Part shown: piece after piece, positions 31,269-47,896 of the stretch
How positions within the stretch are numbered: position 1 is the stretch's first letter
How the letters are laid out: the number at the start of each line of letters is the position of its first letter
Source: Eledone cirrhosa
Taxonomy: Eukaryota
Reading direction: 5' to 3'
DNA: 64,000 nucleotides
Assembly (NCBI GenBank): GCA_964016885.1
Contig: OZ024752.1
Coordinates: 41,044,001 to 41,108,000, forward strand
The notes under the pieces: generated by a model
The model's input: the letters and a program-made list of their open reading frames with translations, nothing else
Told to the model about the DNA's origin: nothing
The model's database searches: none
Position numbers and translations under genes: made by a program

Positions 31269-31379
<111 letters not shown>

Positions 31380-31418
31380 TATACTCATATACATATACAT
31401 ATACATATACACATACAC

Positions 31419-31521
<103 letters not shown>

Positions 31522-31958
31522 TATACTCATATACATATACATATACACATACACATACACACATACATATATATATAAAATATATATATATATGTATGTG
31601 TGTATGTGTATGTGTATATGTATATGTATATGTGTATGAGTATATATATATGTGTATTTATATATGTATAGATAGATGTATGTATATATACGTGTATGTA
31701 TATGTATGTGTATATGTATATGTATATGTATATGTGTATGTGTTTATGTATATGTATATGAGTATATGTATATGTGTATTTATATATGTATATGTATAGA
31801 TGGATGTATATATATATACGTGTATGTATATGTATGTGTATATGTATATGTATATGTGTATGTGTATATGTATATGTATATGAGTATATGTATATGTGTA
31901 TTTATATATGTATATGTATAGATAGATGTATGTATATATACGTGTATGTATATGTATG

Positions 31959-31991
<33 letters not shown>

Positions 31992-32294
31992 GTATGTGTA
32001 TATGTATATGTGTATTTATATATGTATATGTATAGATGGATGTATATATATATACGTGTATGTATGTGTATATGTATATGTATATGTATATGTGTAGATG
32101 TATATGTGTAGATGTATATGTGTATGTATATGTATATATGTATATGTGTATATATATATATGTGTATATGACTGAAGATGTTCTTATTGATTCTCATTTG
32201 TCATGTATATTGTATAGCTTCCAAGGACAAATTGACGTAGAACGGTTTTCATAAGGCTGTGTATATATATGTGTGTGTGAATATACACATACAT

Positions 32295-32339
<45 letters not shown>

Positions 32340-32412
32340 TATAGATATATATATATTGATTATATATATTTATATAAACACACACATATATATATATACA
32401 GATATTTATACC

Positions 32413-32448
<36 letters not shown>

Positions 32449-32470
32449 TATGTATACCTATATATATTTA

Positions 32471-32529
<59 letters not shown>

Positions 32530-32557
32530 ACCTATATATATTTATATATATATTTAT

Positions 32558-32599
<42 letters not shown>

Positions 32600-32611
32600 A
32601 AATATATATAA

Positions 32612-32767
<156 letters not shown>

Positions 32768-32835
32768 GTGTGTGTGTGTATATCTATATATATATACATA
32801 TATTTATTTATTTGAATATTTGTATATAGATATAC

Positions 32836-32973
<138 letters not shown>

Positions 32974-32980
32974 ATATATT

Positions 32981-33015
<35 letters not shown>

Positions 33016-33281
33016 TTATATAAATACATACATATATATTTAATCAGACACACAAACAAACACATACATACACACGCACTCACACACACACGCGCGCGCA
33101 CTCTCACACACACATGTTATGTGTATTTCCTTGTATAAATGTGTCTTGCTGAAAATTGGTTTTCCTCCATATTTGTGCTTGATTATATTGAAAAAAAAGT
33201 AAAAGAAAGTACCAGTAATAATCTGGTGTAGACTTCCACAGTATTTCCTCGTCATTTGATTTTACACGCGTAATATAACAT

Positions 33282-33945
33282 ACACCGTAGTTTTGTCCAT
33301 ATCGCCGCCACAGCTACCTCACTACCTTCTCTCTAGACCATCAAGATTAATACCAGTGATAAACTAGGGGACCCAAATCCCTCAGGAAATAAGTAGCGAT
33401 GATAAATAAGTGTTTTTGTAGGGTTTTTATAAAGAAACAAACACCGTAGTTCTGTCCACATCGCCGCCACAGCTACCTCACTATCTTCTCTCTAGACCAT
33501 CAAGTTTAATACCAGTAATAAGCCAAGGGACCCAAATCCCTCAGGAAATAAGTAGCGATGATAAATAAGTGTTTTTGTAGGGTTTTTATAAAGAAACAAA
33601 CACCGTAGTTTTGTCCACATCGCCGCCACAGATACCTCACTACCTTCTCTCTAGACCATCAAGTTTAATACCAGTAATAAACCAAGGGACCCAAATCCCT
33701 CAGGAAATAAGTAGTGATGATAAATAAGTGTTTTTGTAGGGTTTTTATAAAGAATTTGTCAACAACGTAATATAACAAACACCGTAGTTTTGTCCACATC
33801 ACCGCCACATATACCTCACTGCCTTCTCTAGACCATCAAGTTTAATACCAGTAATAAACCAAGGGAACCCAAATCCCTCAGGAAATAAGTAGCGATGATA
33901 AATAAGTTTTTTTGTGGGGATTTTATAAAGATTTTGTCAACATTT
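33282..33945 (+). repeat. Tandem repeat, ~159 bp unit x4
   Basis: ACACCGTAGTT(T/C)TGTCCA starts at about 33282, 33441, 33600 and 33779. Confidence 0.9.
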
Positions 33946-34024
33946 CTAGCAGGACTGCCCCAAGCTATTTCAACATTGTCTACCATTACATTTATAGCCA
34001 CACTGTTGTATTTTGGAAAGATAG

Positions 34025-34027
<3 letters not shown>

Positions 34028-34098
<71 letters not shown>

Positions 34099-34665
34099 TT
34101 GTGCGTGTGTTTGTGCGTGTGTTTCTACGTGCATGTGTATGTGTCTGTTTGTGCGTGTGTGTGTTCTTTACGTGCATGCGTGTGCGTGTGTGTTTGGGCG
34201 TGTGTGTATGTGTGTGTTTGTATTTGTGCGTGTGCTTTTGTGCGTGTGTGCGTTTGTACGTGCATGTGTGTGTGAGTGTGTGTGTGTTTTTGTGCGTGTG
34301 TGTATTTGTACGTGCATGTTTGTGCGTGTGTCTGTTTCTACGTGCATATGAGTGTGTGTGTGTGTTTGTTTGAACATGCGTGTGTGTGCTTGTACATGCA
34401 TGTGTGTGTGAGTGTATGTGTGTTTGTTTGTACATGTGTGTGTTTGTGCGTGTGTGCGTCTGTTTGTACATGTGTGTGTTTGTGTGTGTGTATGTGTGTG
34501 TTTGTGCGTGTGTGCGTCTGTTTGCACATGTGTGTGTTTGTGCGTGTGTGTGTGTATATGCGTGTCCTGTACATGCGTGTGTACGTGTGTTTGTGTGTGT
34601 GTGAACAAGTGTGTCTATATGTGTGTGTGTGTGTGTGTGTGTGTACATGTGTGTCAATATTTGAT

Positions 34666-34708
<43 letters not shown>

Positions 34709-36240
34709 AAGTATGTCTATACGTGTGTGTGTGTATATGTGTGTAAGCGTGTGTGTGTAAGCGTGTGTGTGTGCATGTGTGTAAGTCTGTGTGTGTGTGC
34801 ATGTGTATAGGTGTGTGTGTGTATGTGTATAGGTGTGTGTGTGTGTGCATCTATGTAAGTGTGTATGTGTGTGTATAGATGTGTGTGTGTCTGTGTATGT
34901 GTGTAAGCGTGTGTGTGTGCATGTGTGTAAGTGTGTGTGTGTATGTGTATAGGTGTGTGTGCGCATCTGTGTAAGCGTTTGTGTGTGTATGTGTATAGGT
35001 GTGTGCGTGCATGTGTAGAGGTGGGTGTGCATGCGTGTGTGCATGCATGTGTATATGCGTGCGAGTCTATGTACGTCTGTGTACGCGTGCATATAGGTTT
35101 GTATTACGTAAGAGTGTGTGTGTGTGTGAGTAAGTATGTGTGTGTTTGTGTGTGTGTGTCTGTGGGTGTGTATGTGTTTGTTTGTGTGAGTGTATGTGAG
35201 TGTGTGTGAGTGTATCTGTATTTGTGTGAGCGTGCATGTACGTACGTTTGTTCGCGTGTCTGTTTATGTGTGTGAGTGTATGTATGTGTGTGTTTGTGAG
35301 TACATGCATGTGTGTGTTTGTGCGTGAGTGTATTTCTACGTGCATGTGTGTGTGTGTGCGTGTGTGTCTGTGTTTCTGCATGCGTATATGTGTCTGTGTT
35401 TGTGCATGCGTGAGTGTGTTTGTGCGTGTGTGTATTTCTACGTGCATGTGTGTGCGTGTGCGTGTGTGTCTGTGTGTGTGCATGCGTGAGTGTGTTTGTG
35501 CGTGTGTGTATTTCTACGTGCATGCGTGTGCGTGTGCGTGTGTGTATGTGTTTGTGCATGCGTCTATGTGTTTGTGCGTGTGTATTTCTACGTGCATGTG
35601 TGTGCGTGTGCATGTGTGTATGTGTTTGTGCATGCGTGGGTGTCTTTGTGCGTGTGTGTATTTCTACGTGCATGCGTGTGCGTGTGCGTGTGTGTATGTG
35701 TTTGTGCATGCGTGTATGTGTTTGTGCGTGTGTGTATTTCTACGTGCATGTGTGTGCGTGTGCATGTGTGTATGTGTTTGTGCATGCGTGAGTATCTTTG
35801 TGCGTGTGTGTATTTCTACGTGCAAGTGTGTGCGTGTGTGTACGTATTTGTGCATGCGTGTATGTATTTGTGCGTGTGTGCGTTTGTATATATCAGTGTG
35901 TGTGTGTGTGTTTGCATGCGCTTGCATGTGCGTGTGTTTGTTTTAGTACGTTTCAGTGTGTGAGTGTGTGAGTGTGTGTGTGAGTGTGCATGTGCGTGTG
36001 TTTGTTTTAGTACGTTTCAGTGTGTGAGCGTATGAGTGTGTGTGTGTGTTCGTGTGCATGTGCGTGTGTTTGTTTTACGTACGTTTCAGTGAGTGAGTGT
36101 GTGAGTGTGTGTGTGTGTTTGTGTGCATGTGCGCGTGTTTGCTTTACGTACGTTTGAGTGTGTGAGTGTGTATGTGTGTGTGTTCGCGTGCATGTGCGTG
36201 TGTTTGTTTTGCTCTATTGTAAGTATGTGTGAGTACGTGT
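34028..36240. repeat. Degenerate (GT)n minisatellite punctuated by TTTCTACGTGCATG
   Basis: Direct reading. Confidence 0.85.
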
Positions 36241-36410
36241 AGATGTTTTGTTCTTCATGTGTGTGTGTATATATATAATTTCGCGTGTTGTTGCGCTCAT
36301 CTATATAATGTATAAGTGTAAGTGTGTGTATATATATATATATAGGGGAATGTATACATGAATAATATGCACACACACACATATATAATTGATGTATATA
36401 TATATATATA

Positions 36411-36486
<76 letters not shown>

Positions 36487-36504
36487 TACATATGAATTTA
36501 TTTA

Positions 36505-36564
<60 letters not shown>

Positions 36565-36840
36565 TATATGTGTGTGTGAGTGTGTATATATATATATATT
36601 ATATATATGTATACGTATATACATATATGTATGTATATACATATATACATATATACATATATATATATACATTCATGCATATATATATGTGTGTGTGTGT
36701 CTGTGTGTATATGTATGTATATATACGTTCGTAGACCCATATATACGTAGTGTTCACGTGACCAAATCAACATGTATGTGATATAATAGTTCACCTGTAT
36801 GCATTCATATATATATATATATATATATATACAGATATAA

Positions 36841-36895
<55 letters not shown>

Positions 36896-36946
36896 AGCAT
36901 ATATATGTATATATATATATATATATATACATATATACACCTATAA

Positions 36947-37026
<80 letters not shown>

Positions 37027-37050
37027 CATATATAAGCATATATATATATT

Positions 37051-37081
<31 letters not shown>

Positions 37082-37190
37082 GTACGTATGTATGTATGTA
37101 TGTATGTATGTATGTATGTATGTATGTATGTTTGTATGTATGTATGACAGTATTTTGTTTTGTTTTAAATATTATAGAACACATGTGTGG

Positions 37191-37249
<59 letters not shown>

Positions 37250-37390
37250 TGTGTAGGCGTACGTAGGTGTACATAAGCATATATATAAGCATGTATATAT
37301 TATCTACTTATATATACATACATACATACATACATACATACATACATACATACATACATACATACATACATACATACATACATACATACA

Positions 37391-37421
<31 letters not shown>

Positions 37422-37960
37422 CAACTAATAAACGATTTGTTGTTTTTTACGTGGATCTTTTCTTTCTTTTACTAATTTTTTTCCCCGCGTATTCTTTCTC
37501 TAAAATAAAATTTCGTCAGCTGGACAAAAGTACTTTCCTTCAGTCTTAAAAAATGCCATTAGTTCTAAAGTGAGGCTGTTCTCTTTAACACTGAACGCTG
37601 GTGAGTCTGCTTTATATTTTGCTAGTTCATTGAATGACTGTGTGTGTGCTATTATTAAGTTTACATATTACACATTTTTCCTATGTGTATGTGTCTGTTA
37701 CGTATGCGTAAGTGTATGCGTATGTGTGTGTAACTATTTTTATATATATGTTTCTATATATGTTTATGTATTTGTATTAGACTTATTATTGCTTTGAAAA
37801 AGTACTTTATCTAAGCCTTGTAAAAACATATTTGGTTCTACCGGCGTTTGTTTATTTTTATTTTCTCTCTTTTAAACAAAAAAAACAACAAAAATATAAG
37901 GAAACAAGGCGAAACTATACGCTAAATACACACATAAATACATACATATATACACACATA

Positions 37961-37996
<36 letters not shown>

Positions 37997-38072
37997 AATA
38001 TATATATATATAAATATTATATGGACTAACGCGAGTTTCTGACTCCGTTACTTCATTTGATATATACACACT

Positions 38073-38129
<57 letters not shown>

Positions 38130-38482
38130 TCACAAGGGAGAGATCATTTCGGCTTACTGGAAGAATCGAACAAAATTGATTGTGTGTTTATTTACAAGTA
38201 CCTCTTCTCTGCTGGGTTTTATTTAAATATTTTTTATTCAATTCTTGCCTTCCCCTTCGATTTTGGAACTTGTCTTACCGGACTTAAACTGTGATTAACT
38301 TAACCGAAAACGACGCTTGTGTATTACTTTATTCACCCCTCGCTTCCTTCTTCTTCTTCTTCTTCTTCTTCTTCTTCTTCTTCTTCTTCTTCTTCTTCTT
38401 CTTTTTCTTCTTCTTCTTCTTCTTCTTCTTCTTCTTCTTCTCTCTCTCTCTCTATCTGTCGCTCTCTTCTATCTCGCTCTCT

Positions 38483-38549
<67 letters not shown>

Positions 38550-39074
38550 TTTATATTTAATATATAATATATATATTGATATATTACACATAAATACACA
38601 AACACACCACACCGACACACACACACACACACACAGACAGACACACACACACAGACAAACACACACACAGACACAAAAAGAGAACAGGCACACACTTACG
38701 CACGCGCAACAACACGCAGGCGTACACGAACGCATGCAGAAAAGCACGCACGCGCACACATACTTTCGTACTAACTAACACATGCTACTCACATCGTGTA
38801 GGCTCGGGTACCCAAGGACGGCAGCCGACTTAACCAAGCCACCCCATACACCTACTACCCACCCTTCTAACAGTCACAGAGGTACGTACCAAACGCTTTG
38901 ATCAATTATAGTTCGCTTCTTGTTTCTTTCTTTCGTTCATTCATTCATGTTTTTTTCTTTCGTGTTTTTCTTTTGTCTTTTTTCTTTTCTTTTCTTTTCT
39001 TTTCTTTTCTATATTATCCTTTTTTTTTTCTTCTGGTTTTTGACAAACTTACTTATTTCTTCATCTCTGTCTGG

Positions 39075-39374
39075 TCTCCTTCTTCTTCTTTTTCTTCTTC
39101 TTCTTCTTCTTCTTCTTCTTCTTCTTCTTCTTCTTCTTCTTCTTCTTCTTCTTCTTCTTCTTCTTCTTCTTCTTCTTCTTCTTCTTCTTCTTTATCACCT
39201 GCTTCTTCTTCTTCTTCTTCTTTATCACCTGCTTCTTCTTCTTCTTCTTCTTCTTCTTCTTCTTCTTCTTCTTCTTCTTCTTCTTCTTCTTCTTCTTCTT
39301 CTTCTTCATCACCAGCTTCTTCTTCTTCTTCTTCTTCTTCTTCTTCTTCTTCTTCTTCTTCTTCTTCTTCTTCT

Positions 39375-39375
<1 letters not shown>
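39075..39375. repeat. (CTT)n tract; another lies at 38343-38440
   Basis: Direct reading; interrupted by TTTATCACCTG units. Confidence 0.9.
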
Positions 39376-39407
<32 letters not shown>

Positions 39408-39421
39408 GATTTATACACACG

Positions 39422-39480
<59 letters not shown>

Positions 39481-39606
39481 TCTTTTTTGTGGGGAGGGGA
39501 TTCAATCCCCGAAATATATTTTTTTATATTTTTTACTTAAACACTTTTTTCTTCTTCGTTTTAATCGGAAAAGAGCTGTTGACGGGTCTCTGTCTGTATA
39601 CGATCG

Positions 39607-39697
<91 letters not shown>

Positions 39698-39745
39698 GTG
39701 CTCATGTTGTTTTAATCTAATTAGATATATATATAAATGTATAAA

Positions 39746-39783
<38 letters not shown>

Positions 39784-39819
39784 GATACTATTTATATTTT
39801 CTGTTCATATAATCATATA

Positions 39820-39877
<58 letters not shown>

Positions 39878-39878
<1 letters not shown>

Positions 39879-40063
39879 GTTATTCCGGGGTGAATCGGAG
39901 GTAACCACAGTAAGTAAGGTACTCAATACATAGCAGAGTATAAAAGTTTTAATATAGATAAGATTCTACAGGACTAGAACTGTTTCATTCTTTAGAAATC
40001 ATCACTGATGATTTCTAAAGAATGAAACAGTTCTAGTCCTGTAGAATCTCATCTATATTAAAA

Positions 40064-40066
<3 letters not shown>
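39878..40066 (-). mobile_element. Family B fold-back element
   Basis: Palindrome centred on ATCATCACTGATGAT; tail GTACTCAATAC on the plus strand; flanked by (TA)n. Confidence 0.85.
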
Positions 40067-40126
<60 letters not shown>

Positions 40127-40220
40127 AGATTCCTGAGTTGTGTCGCGGGGGATGGGGTTTACTACAGTTTGAAAAGATACTAAATATATTAGTAGAGTAT
40201 AGTCGTCTTTATTTTATATA

Positions 40221-40297
<77 letters not shown>

Positions 40298-40301
<4 letters not shown>

Positions 40302-40482
40302 ACGAGTAGGACCGCGACGGATGAGCTCAAACCGTTTCGACGGCTAATTCTGTACTAAATTTAGTCCAGAATTAACCGTCGAAACGGCTTGAGCTCAGCC
40401 GTCGGGGTCCTACTCGTTCCTATTACCCACTCTACTACCCTAAGTATTGAGTACACCTGGTTCCTTACCACATTTCCTTCGT
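40298..40482 (+). mobile_element. Family A fold-back element
   Basis: Same ends as other copies; centre CTGTACTAAATTTAGTCCAG; short deletion in the tail. Confidence 0.8.
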
Positions 40483-40496
40483 TATATATATATATA

Positions 40497-40559
<63 letters not shown>

Positions 40560-40743
40560 CTATATATAACATGTCTAGAACTATTTCACTGATTCATTCC
40601 TATGAAATCATCAGAACATTTCTAATGATTTCATACAGATGAAACAGTTCTAGTTCTGTACCAGACATTTATATATATATACATATATTCAATCCAGCGC
40701 CTTTTCACCCCTCCCTAATTGACCTCCACTATATATACATTCT

Positions 40744-41058
<315 letters not shown>

Positions 41059-41061
41059 TAC

Positions 41062-41091
<30 letters not shown>

Positions 41092-41093
<2 letters not shown>

Positions 41094-41281
41094 CAGATTT
41101 GAGGTGGTTAAAACCAGTTAGGACCAATACTTACCAGAGTACTTGATACTTGGAGTCGCAGATTGCGTAATATAAAAACATTTAGGACCTCGGACCCCGA
41201 CGGCTGAGCTCCGGCCGTTTCAACAGACAAATCTAGCTATTGAAAGGGCCGGAGCTCAGCCGTCGGGGTCCTGAATTTTTT

Positions 41282-41283
<2 letters not shown>
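41092..41283 (-). mobile_element. Family C fold-back element (relative of family A)
   Basis: GACCCCGACGGCTGAGCTCCGGCC / GGCCGGAGCTCAGCCGTCGGGGTC arms; minus tail AAGTATCAAGTACTCTGG. Confidence 0.7.
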
Positions 41284-41326
<43 letters not shown>

Positions 41327-41338
41327 TCACACACACAC

Positions 41339-41386
<48 letters not shown>

Positions 41387-41391
41387 GTTTG

Positions 41392-41428
<37 letters not shown>

Positions 41429-41599
41429 GTGTGTGTGTGTGTGTGTTTGTAAGGGAGGGCAAGTGTCACAACTCCGAACTCAGGTGGATCGGAGATGTGA
41501 AACACAAAATAAACAGGAGGAAACTCAACCTCTTTTTATTAGGGGCTTCCTTTCCTCCCTCCTTGTTTACACACTTATTTCTGCCCTAACCCTTATAAA

Positions 41600-41635
41600 C
41601 ACGCACACACACACACACACACAGGCAGACATAGA

Positions 41636-41681
<46 letters not shown>

Positions 41682-42145
41682 CAGATATAGACATTCACAC
41701 ACATACATACACACACACATACACACACACACACACACACACAGGCAGACATAGACATTCACACACATACATACACACACACATACACACACACACACAC
41801 ACACAGGCAGACATAGACATTCACACACATACATACACACACACACACACACACAGGCAGACATAGACATTCACACACATACATACACACACACATACAC
41901 ACACACACACACACACACAGGCAGACATAGACATTCACACACATACATACACACACACATACACACACACACACACACACAGGCAGACATAGACATTCAC
42001 ACACATACATACACACACACATACACACACACACACACACAGGCAGACATAGACATTCACACACATACATACACACACACATACACACACACACACACAG
42101 GCAGACATAGACATTCACACACATACATACACACTCACATACACA
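41600..42145. repeat. CA-rich minisatellite with spacer AGGCAGACATAGACATTC, about 9 units
   Basis: Direct reading. Confidence 0.85.
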
Positions 42146-42306
42146 CACACATACACGTATATTTGTGCTTGGATGTATGTATGAGTATGCGTATGTTTCT
42201 AAGCGCGTGTATGTTTGTATATGACTGTCTGTGCGTATATGTATGCGAGCCTGTGTGTCTGTGTGTGTGTGTGTGTGTGAGTATGTGTGTCTGTGTGTGA
42301 GTATGT

Positions 42307-42359
<53 letters not shown>

Positions 42360-42805
42360 TGTATATAATGTAAGTGTGGTCGTTTTGGTCAAGTTTCCAG
42401 TGTATATACGTTAACTGCCAATACAACGTGATTTGCTATATTTGGCAAACACACACACACACACACACGCACACACACATTTATACATACACACACTCAC
42501 GCACACGTGTGCATACACACACTTATATATCCATTCATACTCCACATACTCGCTCTTTCTATCTTTCTATCTTTCTAACTATTTATCTATTTATCTGGCG
42601 TTGTGTCTGTCTGTCTGTCTGTCTATCAATACATATACACATACACACGGGGTCGATACAATAAAGTACCAGTAATGAACTGGGTAATTGCTGGCCTTGT
42701 GCCTAAAGTAGAAACAAATACATATACACACACACACACACACACACGCACACATATACACATACACTCACATACGCACACACATACATACACACACACA
42801 TGTAA

Positions 42806-42859
<54 letters not shown>

Positions 42860-42954
42860 ATGTGAGTGTGTGTGTGTGTGTTAAGTATTTCCGAAGAAAA
42901 ATCAAAGGAAAAAAGAGTGCTCTCTGTGTAATACAGAGCTAACATATATATATA

Positions 42955-43051
<97 letters not shown>

Positions 43052-43052
43052 G

Positions 43053-43233
43053 AGATGAGATTCTACAGGACTAGAACTGTTTCATTCTTTAGAAATCATC
43101 AGGAATTGTGTGTGTGTAAAGAATGAAACAGTTCTAATCCTGTAGAATCTCATCTATATTAAAACTTTTATACTCTGCAATGTATTGAGTACCTTACTTA
43201 CTGTGGTTACCTCCGATTCAACCCGGAATATCG
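43053..43233 (+). mobile_element. Family B fold-back element; intact hammerhead on the minus arm
   Basis: Arms separated by TTGTGTGTGTG; tail identical in pattern to 55250-55314. Confidence 0.85.
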
Positions 43234-43589
43234 TATATATATATATATATATATATATGCATATATGTGTGTGCATGTGTGTGTGAGAGAGAGAGGAAGT
43301 GTGTGTGTGTGTCTCACAGAGAGAGAGAGAGTGTGTGTGTGTATGTGTGTGTGTTTGTGTGTGTGTACATATATACATATATCTATGTGTCGTAGGATGT
43401 CTTTACATAAACCTACAATCCAGTAACATTTTCTTAATGCTGTAACTTTACGTAACAAACTATTCTTTAACCCCTATTAATAAAGTTTTTAGGGGTTTTT
43501 TAGGGGGTGGTGTCGGGGTCGGAGGAGGCGGCGATTTAAACTCCTAATATATTACCATATCTTATTTTACTTTTCTATATCTGAATAAA

Positions 43590-43643
<54 letters not shown>

Positions 43644-44642
43644 CGTGTGTGTATTTATATATGTGTTTATGTGTGTGTATGTGTGTGTGTGTGTGTTTAT
43701 GTTTGTGTGAGTGTGTGTGTGTTTGTGTGTGCGAGTGTGTTTGTATGTGTGTGTTTTTGCGTGTGTGTGTTTGTGTATGTTTGTATGTGTGTGAGTGTGT
43801 GTGTGTGTGTGTGTGTTTGTGTGTTTGTGTTTATGCGTGCGTGTATGTTTGTGTGTATGTATATGGTTGCGTGTGTTTGTGTGTGTATGTTTGTGTGCGT
43901 GGGTGTGTGTTTGTGCGTGTGTTTGTGCGTGTGTGTGCGTATATGTGTGCGTGTATGTGCATTGGGGTTGATGTAACCGACTTTCCCCTCCCCCAAACTG
44001 TTGGCCGTGTGTCTAAATCAGAAACCATTATTTTCTGTGGTGTAACTCTGTACCAAAAGGCAGGGCCGGATTTAGGGCAAATGAGGCCCTGTGTTAGTTA
44101 AGTTATGAGGGCCCTTTGAACGTTTGACATTAAAAAAAAACATTTGAAAAACTCATCGTAAAAACTATTTTTGGCAGGAAGATGGGCCCTTCCCCCTTGT
44201 CAACTGGTCCCTGTGCTTAAGCACACCTAAGCACAATGGTAACTCCGGCACTGCAAAAGCATAGAGTAACGGCCTTTTACGGTCTGAGTTCAAATCCCGC
44301 TGAGGTTAACTTTGCCCCTCATCCTTACGGGGTCGATAAAATGTAGTACCAGTAATGCACTGAGTATTTGCTGGCCTTGTGCCAAAAGTAGAAACAGTTA
44401 TTTGTTCTTGTGTTTTAATTTCTGAATTCAAATTATCGCTGAGGTCAATTTAACCGTTCATCCAAGTACAGAGGTTAATTTAATTAACTCATCTACATCT
44501 AATTAAAATGGTTGGTCTTGTTAGTAAAGTAAAAAATAGTTATTTCTAATTGGAATCTAAATTTAGTAACTCGGTGATAAGACAACAAAATAATAAAAAT
44601 AGAAAAAGAGTACCAGTAATAAACTGGGATAATTGCTGGCCT

Positions 44643-44889
44643 TGTGTGTGTGACAGCTCACACCTATGCAGAGTTAGCTGGCCTCCCCCAAGGTATATCT
44701 CGTTGGAGGTGTCTTGGGTGATTTTAATGATAGGGACCCCAGTCTAATCATCTCATTTCTAGAGCTGAGTAAACTGGAGCAACGTAAAATAAAGTGTCTT
44801 GCTCAAGGAATCAACACATCACCCGTTCTGAGAATTGAACTCACAACCTTTCGATTGCAAGCCCAATGCTCTAACCACTAAGCCTTCAC
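44643..44889 (-). mobile_element. SINE-B, tail type 2
   Basis: Head and core match 27377-27525; a different 3' part ends in (CA)n. Confidence 0.8.
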
Positions 44890-45102
44890 TAATCCCACAA
44901 TGGGGCAACTTTGACCAGTTTCTTCTACAGTACCCCCGTCGTCAACATCAGTGACTTAGTCACATGATGAATAGAGATCGATAAAATAAGTACCTGACAA
45001 ATAATTATCGGGACTGATATAACTGACTAAACATTCCTTGAAAGTGGTGCCCCAGCATCTCGAAAGTTCAATCAGTGAACCCAGTAAAAAATATGTTTGT
45101 GC

Positions 45103-45162
<60 letters not shown>

Positions 45163-45227
45163 CCCCCTTTTTAATGTATTTCCACCATTCCCCTCACACC
45201 CTCGCAGAACTCTTTTCCTTCCCACCT

Positions 45228-45258
45228 TTCTCCTGATGAAGGGCCTATGCCCGAAACG
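45228..45258 (+). ncRNA. Degenerate minimal hammerhead motif
   Basis: CTGATGA-A-GGGC-CTAT-GCCC-GAAA-CG; the cleavage-site U is missing. Confidence 0.5.
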
Positions 45259-45777
45259 CCCCCACCCCCACTGTTCGTACTGCACTCTTTGTTATTGTTT
45301 TTGTTTTTTGTTTCTTATATATATATATGTATGTATATATATGTGTGTGTGTGAGTGTGATGTGTGTGGGGGGGGTGTATGTGTGTGTATGTGTCCATGT
45401 GTGTGCGTGTGTTTGTGTGAAATACAAATACACAGGAGGAACCTCAACCTCTTGTACTAGGGACTTTCTTTCCTTCTTATTTACACAACTATTTGTGCCC
45501 TACCCTTATAAACGCACACACACACGCACACACACTCACACATTCACACACACACACATATACACTCACACACTCACACACTCACATACACGTATAGTTG
45601 TGCATGTATGCATGTATGTATGAGTATGCACATATTTCTACGTGCGTGTGAGTTTCTATATGTGTGTGTGTATGATCGTGTGTGTGTGTGTGTGTGTGAT
45701 ATCTGTGTGATGTGCGTGTGTGTGTGTGTGTGTGTGTGTCTGTGTGTATGTGTCTGTGTGTGTATGTGTAGGTGTGC

Positions 45778-45854
<77 letters not shown>

Positions 45855-45858
45855 CATA

Positions 45859-45941
<83 letters not shown>

Positions 45942-46004
45942 CTATATATACATATATATATGTATATATACATGTATATGTATATATATATATATATATA
46001 TACG

Positions 46005-46179
<175 letters not shown>

Positions 46180-46181
46180 TA

Positions 46182-46321
<140 letters not shown>

Positions 46322-46323
46322 TA

Positions 46324-46420
<97 letters not shown>

Positions 46421-46519
46421 GGTATATATATGATGTTGGTTTTTGTGTTATAACATGTTTATCAGTAAGCTCCTCTCTCCCCCACACTTAATGTATCCTT
46501 ACCACTCCTTTGACCATCA

Positions 46520-47155
46520 ACGCCACCACCATCACTACTACTACTACTACCAACACCACCACCACTACTACCACTATCACCACCACCACCACCACCACTA
46601 TCACCGCCATTACTACTACCACTATCACCACCACCACCACCAATACTATCACAAGGACACTGCTTCCACCACTACTACTACCACCACCACCACTACCATC
46701 ACCACTAGTACCATTATCACCACCACCACCACCACCACTACTACTACCACCACCACCACTATCATCACCACCACCACCACTACGGCTATCAACACCACTA
46801 CCACCACCACTAGTACCACTACCACCACCACCACCACCACCACTACTACCACCACCATAACCACCACTATCTCCACCACCACCACTACCACCACCACTAG
46901 TCCCACTACCACCACCACCACCACTACTACTACTACTACCACCACCACCACTATCACCACCACCACCACTACCACTATCACCACCACTACCACCCCCACG
47001 AGTACCACTACCCCCCCACCACCACCACTACCACCACCACCACTATCACCACCACCACCGCCATTACTACTACCACCACTAATGCCACTAATACTACCAC
47101 CAACACCACCATTACTACTACCACTACCCCCACTATCACAAGGACACTGCTTCTA
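46520..47155. repeat. Degenerate (ACC/ACT)n tract
   Basis: Direct reading; ACTATCACAAGGACACTGCTTC appears at about 46645 and 47132. Confidence 0.9.
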
Positions 47156-47314
47156 CAACCATCCTTTTTAGGACACCCTCTCACTTTCCTAGGGACTCTA
47201 TCATTTGTTTGCCAACTGTTTGTTAAATGTAGCTATTACCCAAAGTTAGGAATTACCTTGACCTTCGGCAAGATGTGAGACAGAAACAGAGCTCAAAAAA
47301 AGCTTCATTTAGTA

Positions 47315-47875
47315 ATAATTCTTTCTACTTTTGGCACAAGGCCAGCAATTATCCCAGTGTATTACTGGTACTTTATTCTATCGACCCCGTAAGGATGAAA
47401 GGCAAAGTTAACCTCGGCGGGATTTGAACTCAAAATAGAGATAACTGGTTCTACTTTTGGCACAAGGCCAGCAATTACCCAGTGCATTACTGGTACTTTA
47501 CTTTATCGACTCCGCAAGGATGAAAGGCAAAGTTAACCTCAGCGGGATTTGAACTCAAAATAGAGATAACTGTTTCTACTTTTGGCACAAGGCCAGCAAT
47601 TACCCCAGTGCATTACTGGTACTTTATTTTATCGACCCCGCAAGGATGAAAGGCAAAGTTAACCTCAGCGGGATTTGAACTAAAAATAGAGATAACTGTT
47701 TCTACTTTTGGCACAAGGCCAGCAAATACCCCAGTGCATTACTGGTACTTTATTTTATCGACCCCGTAAGGATGAAAGGCAAAGTTAACCTCGGCGGGAT
47801 TTGAACTCTGAACGTAAATGACCGTAACTCTATGCTGCAAAGCATGGCGTCTGACACTCTACCGATTCTGCCAAA
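47315..47875 (-). mobile_element. SINE-A with three extra tandem ~125 bp body/tail units
   Basis: One head at about 47875 followed by repeated B-box-to-tail units. Confidence 0.85.
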
Positions 47876-47896
47876 TAGTGATAATAAAAAGCAAAT

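Noticed and set aside
33282-33945. CRISPR-like arrays here and at 17457, 41600 and 56075
   Set aside because: The units repeat in full or have microsatellite spacers; there are no unique spacers or cas genes, and the context is eukaryotic.
38898-39812. Poly-Ser, poly-Glu and poly-Lys ORFs
   Set aside because: (CTT)n microsatellite.
46443-47171. 242 aa His/Thr/Pro-rich mucin-like ORF
   Set aside because: Degenerate (ACC)n repeat whose homopolymer register shifts between frames; no domain or splice evidence.
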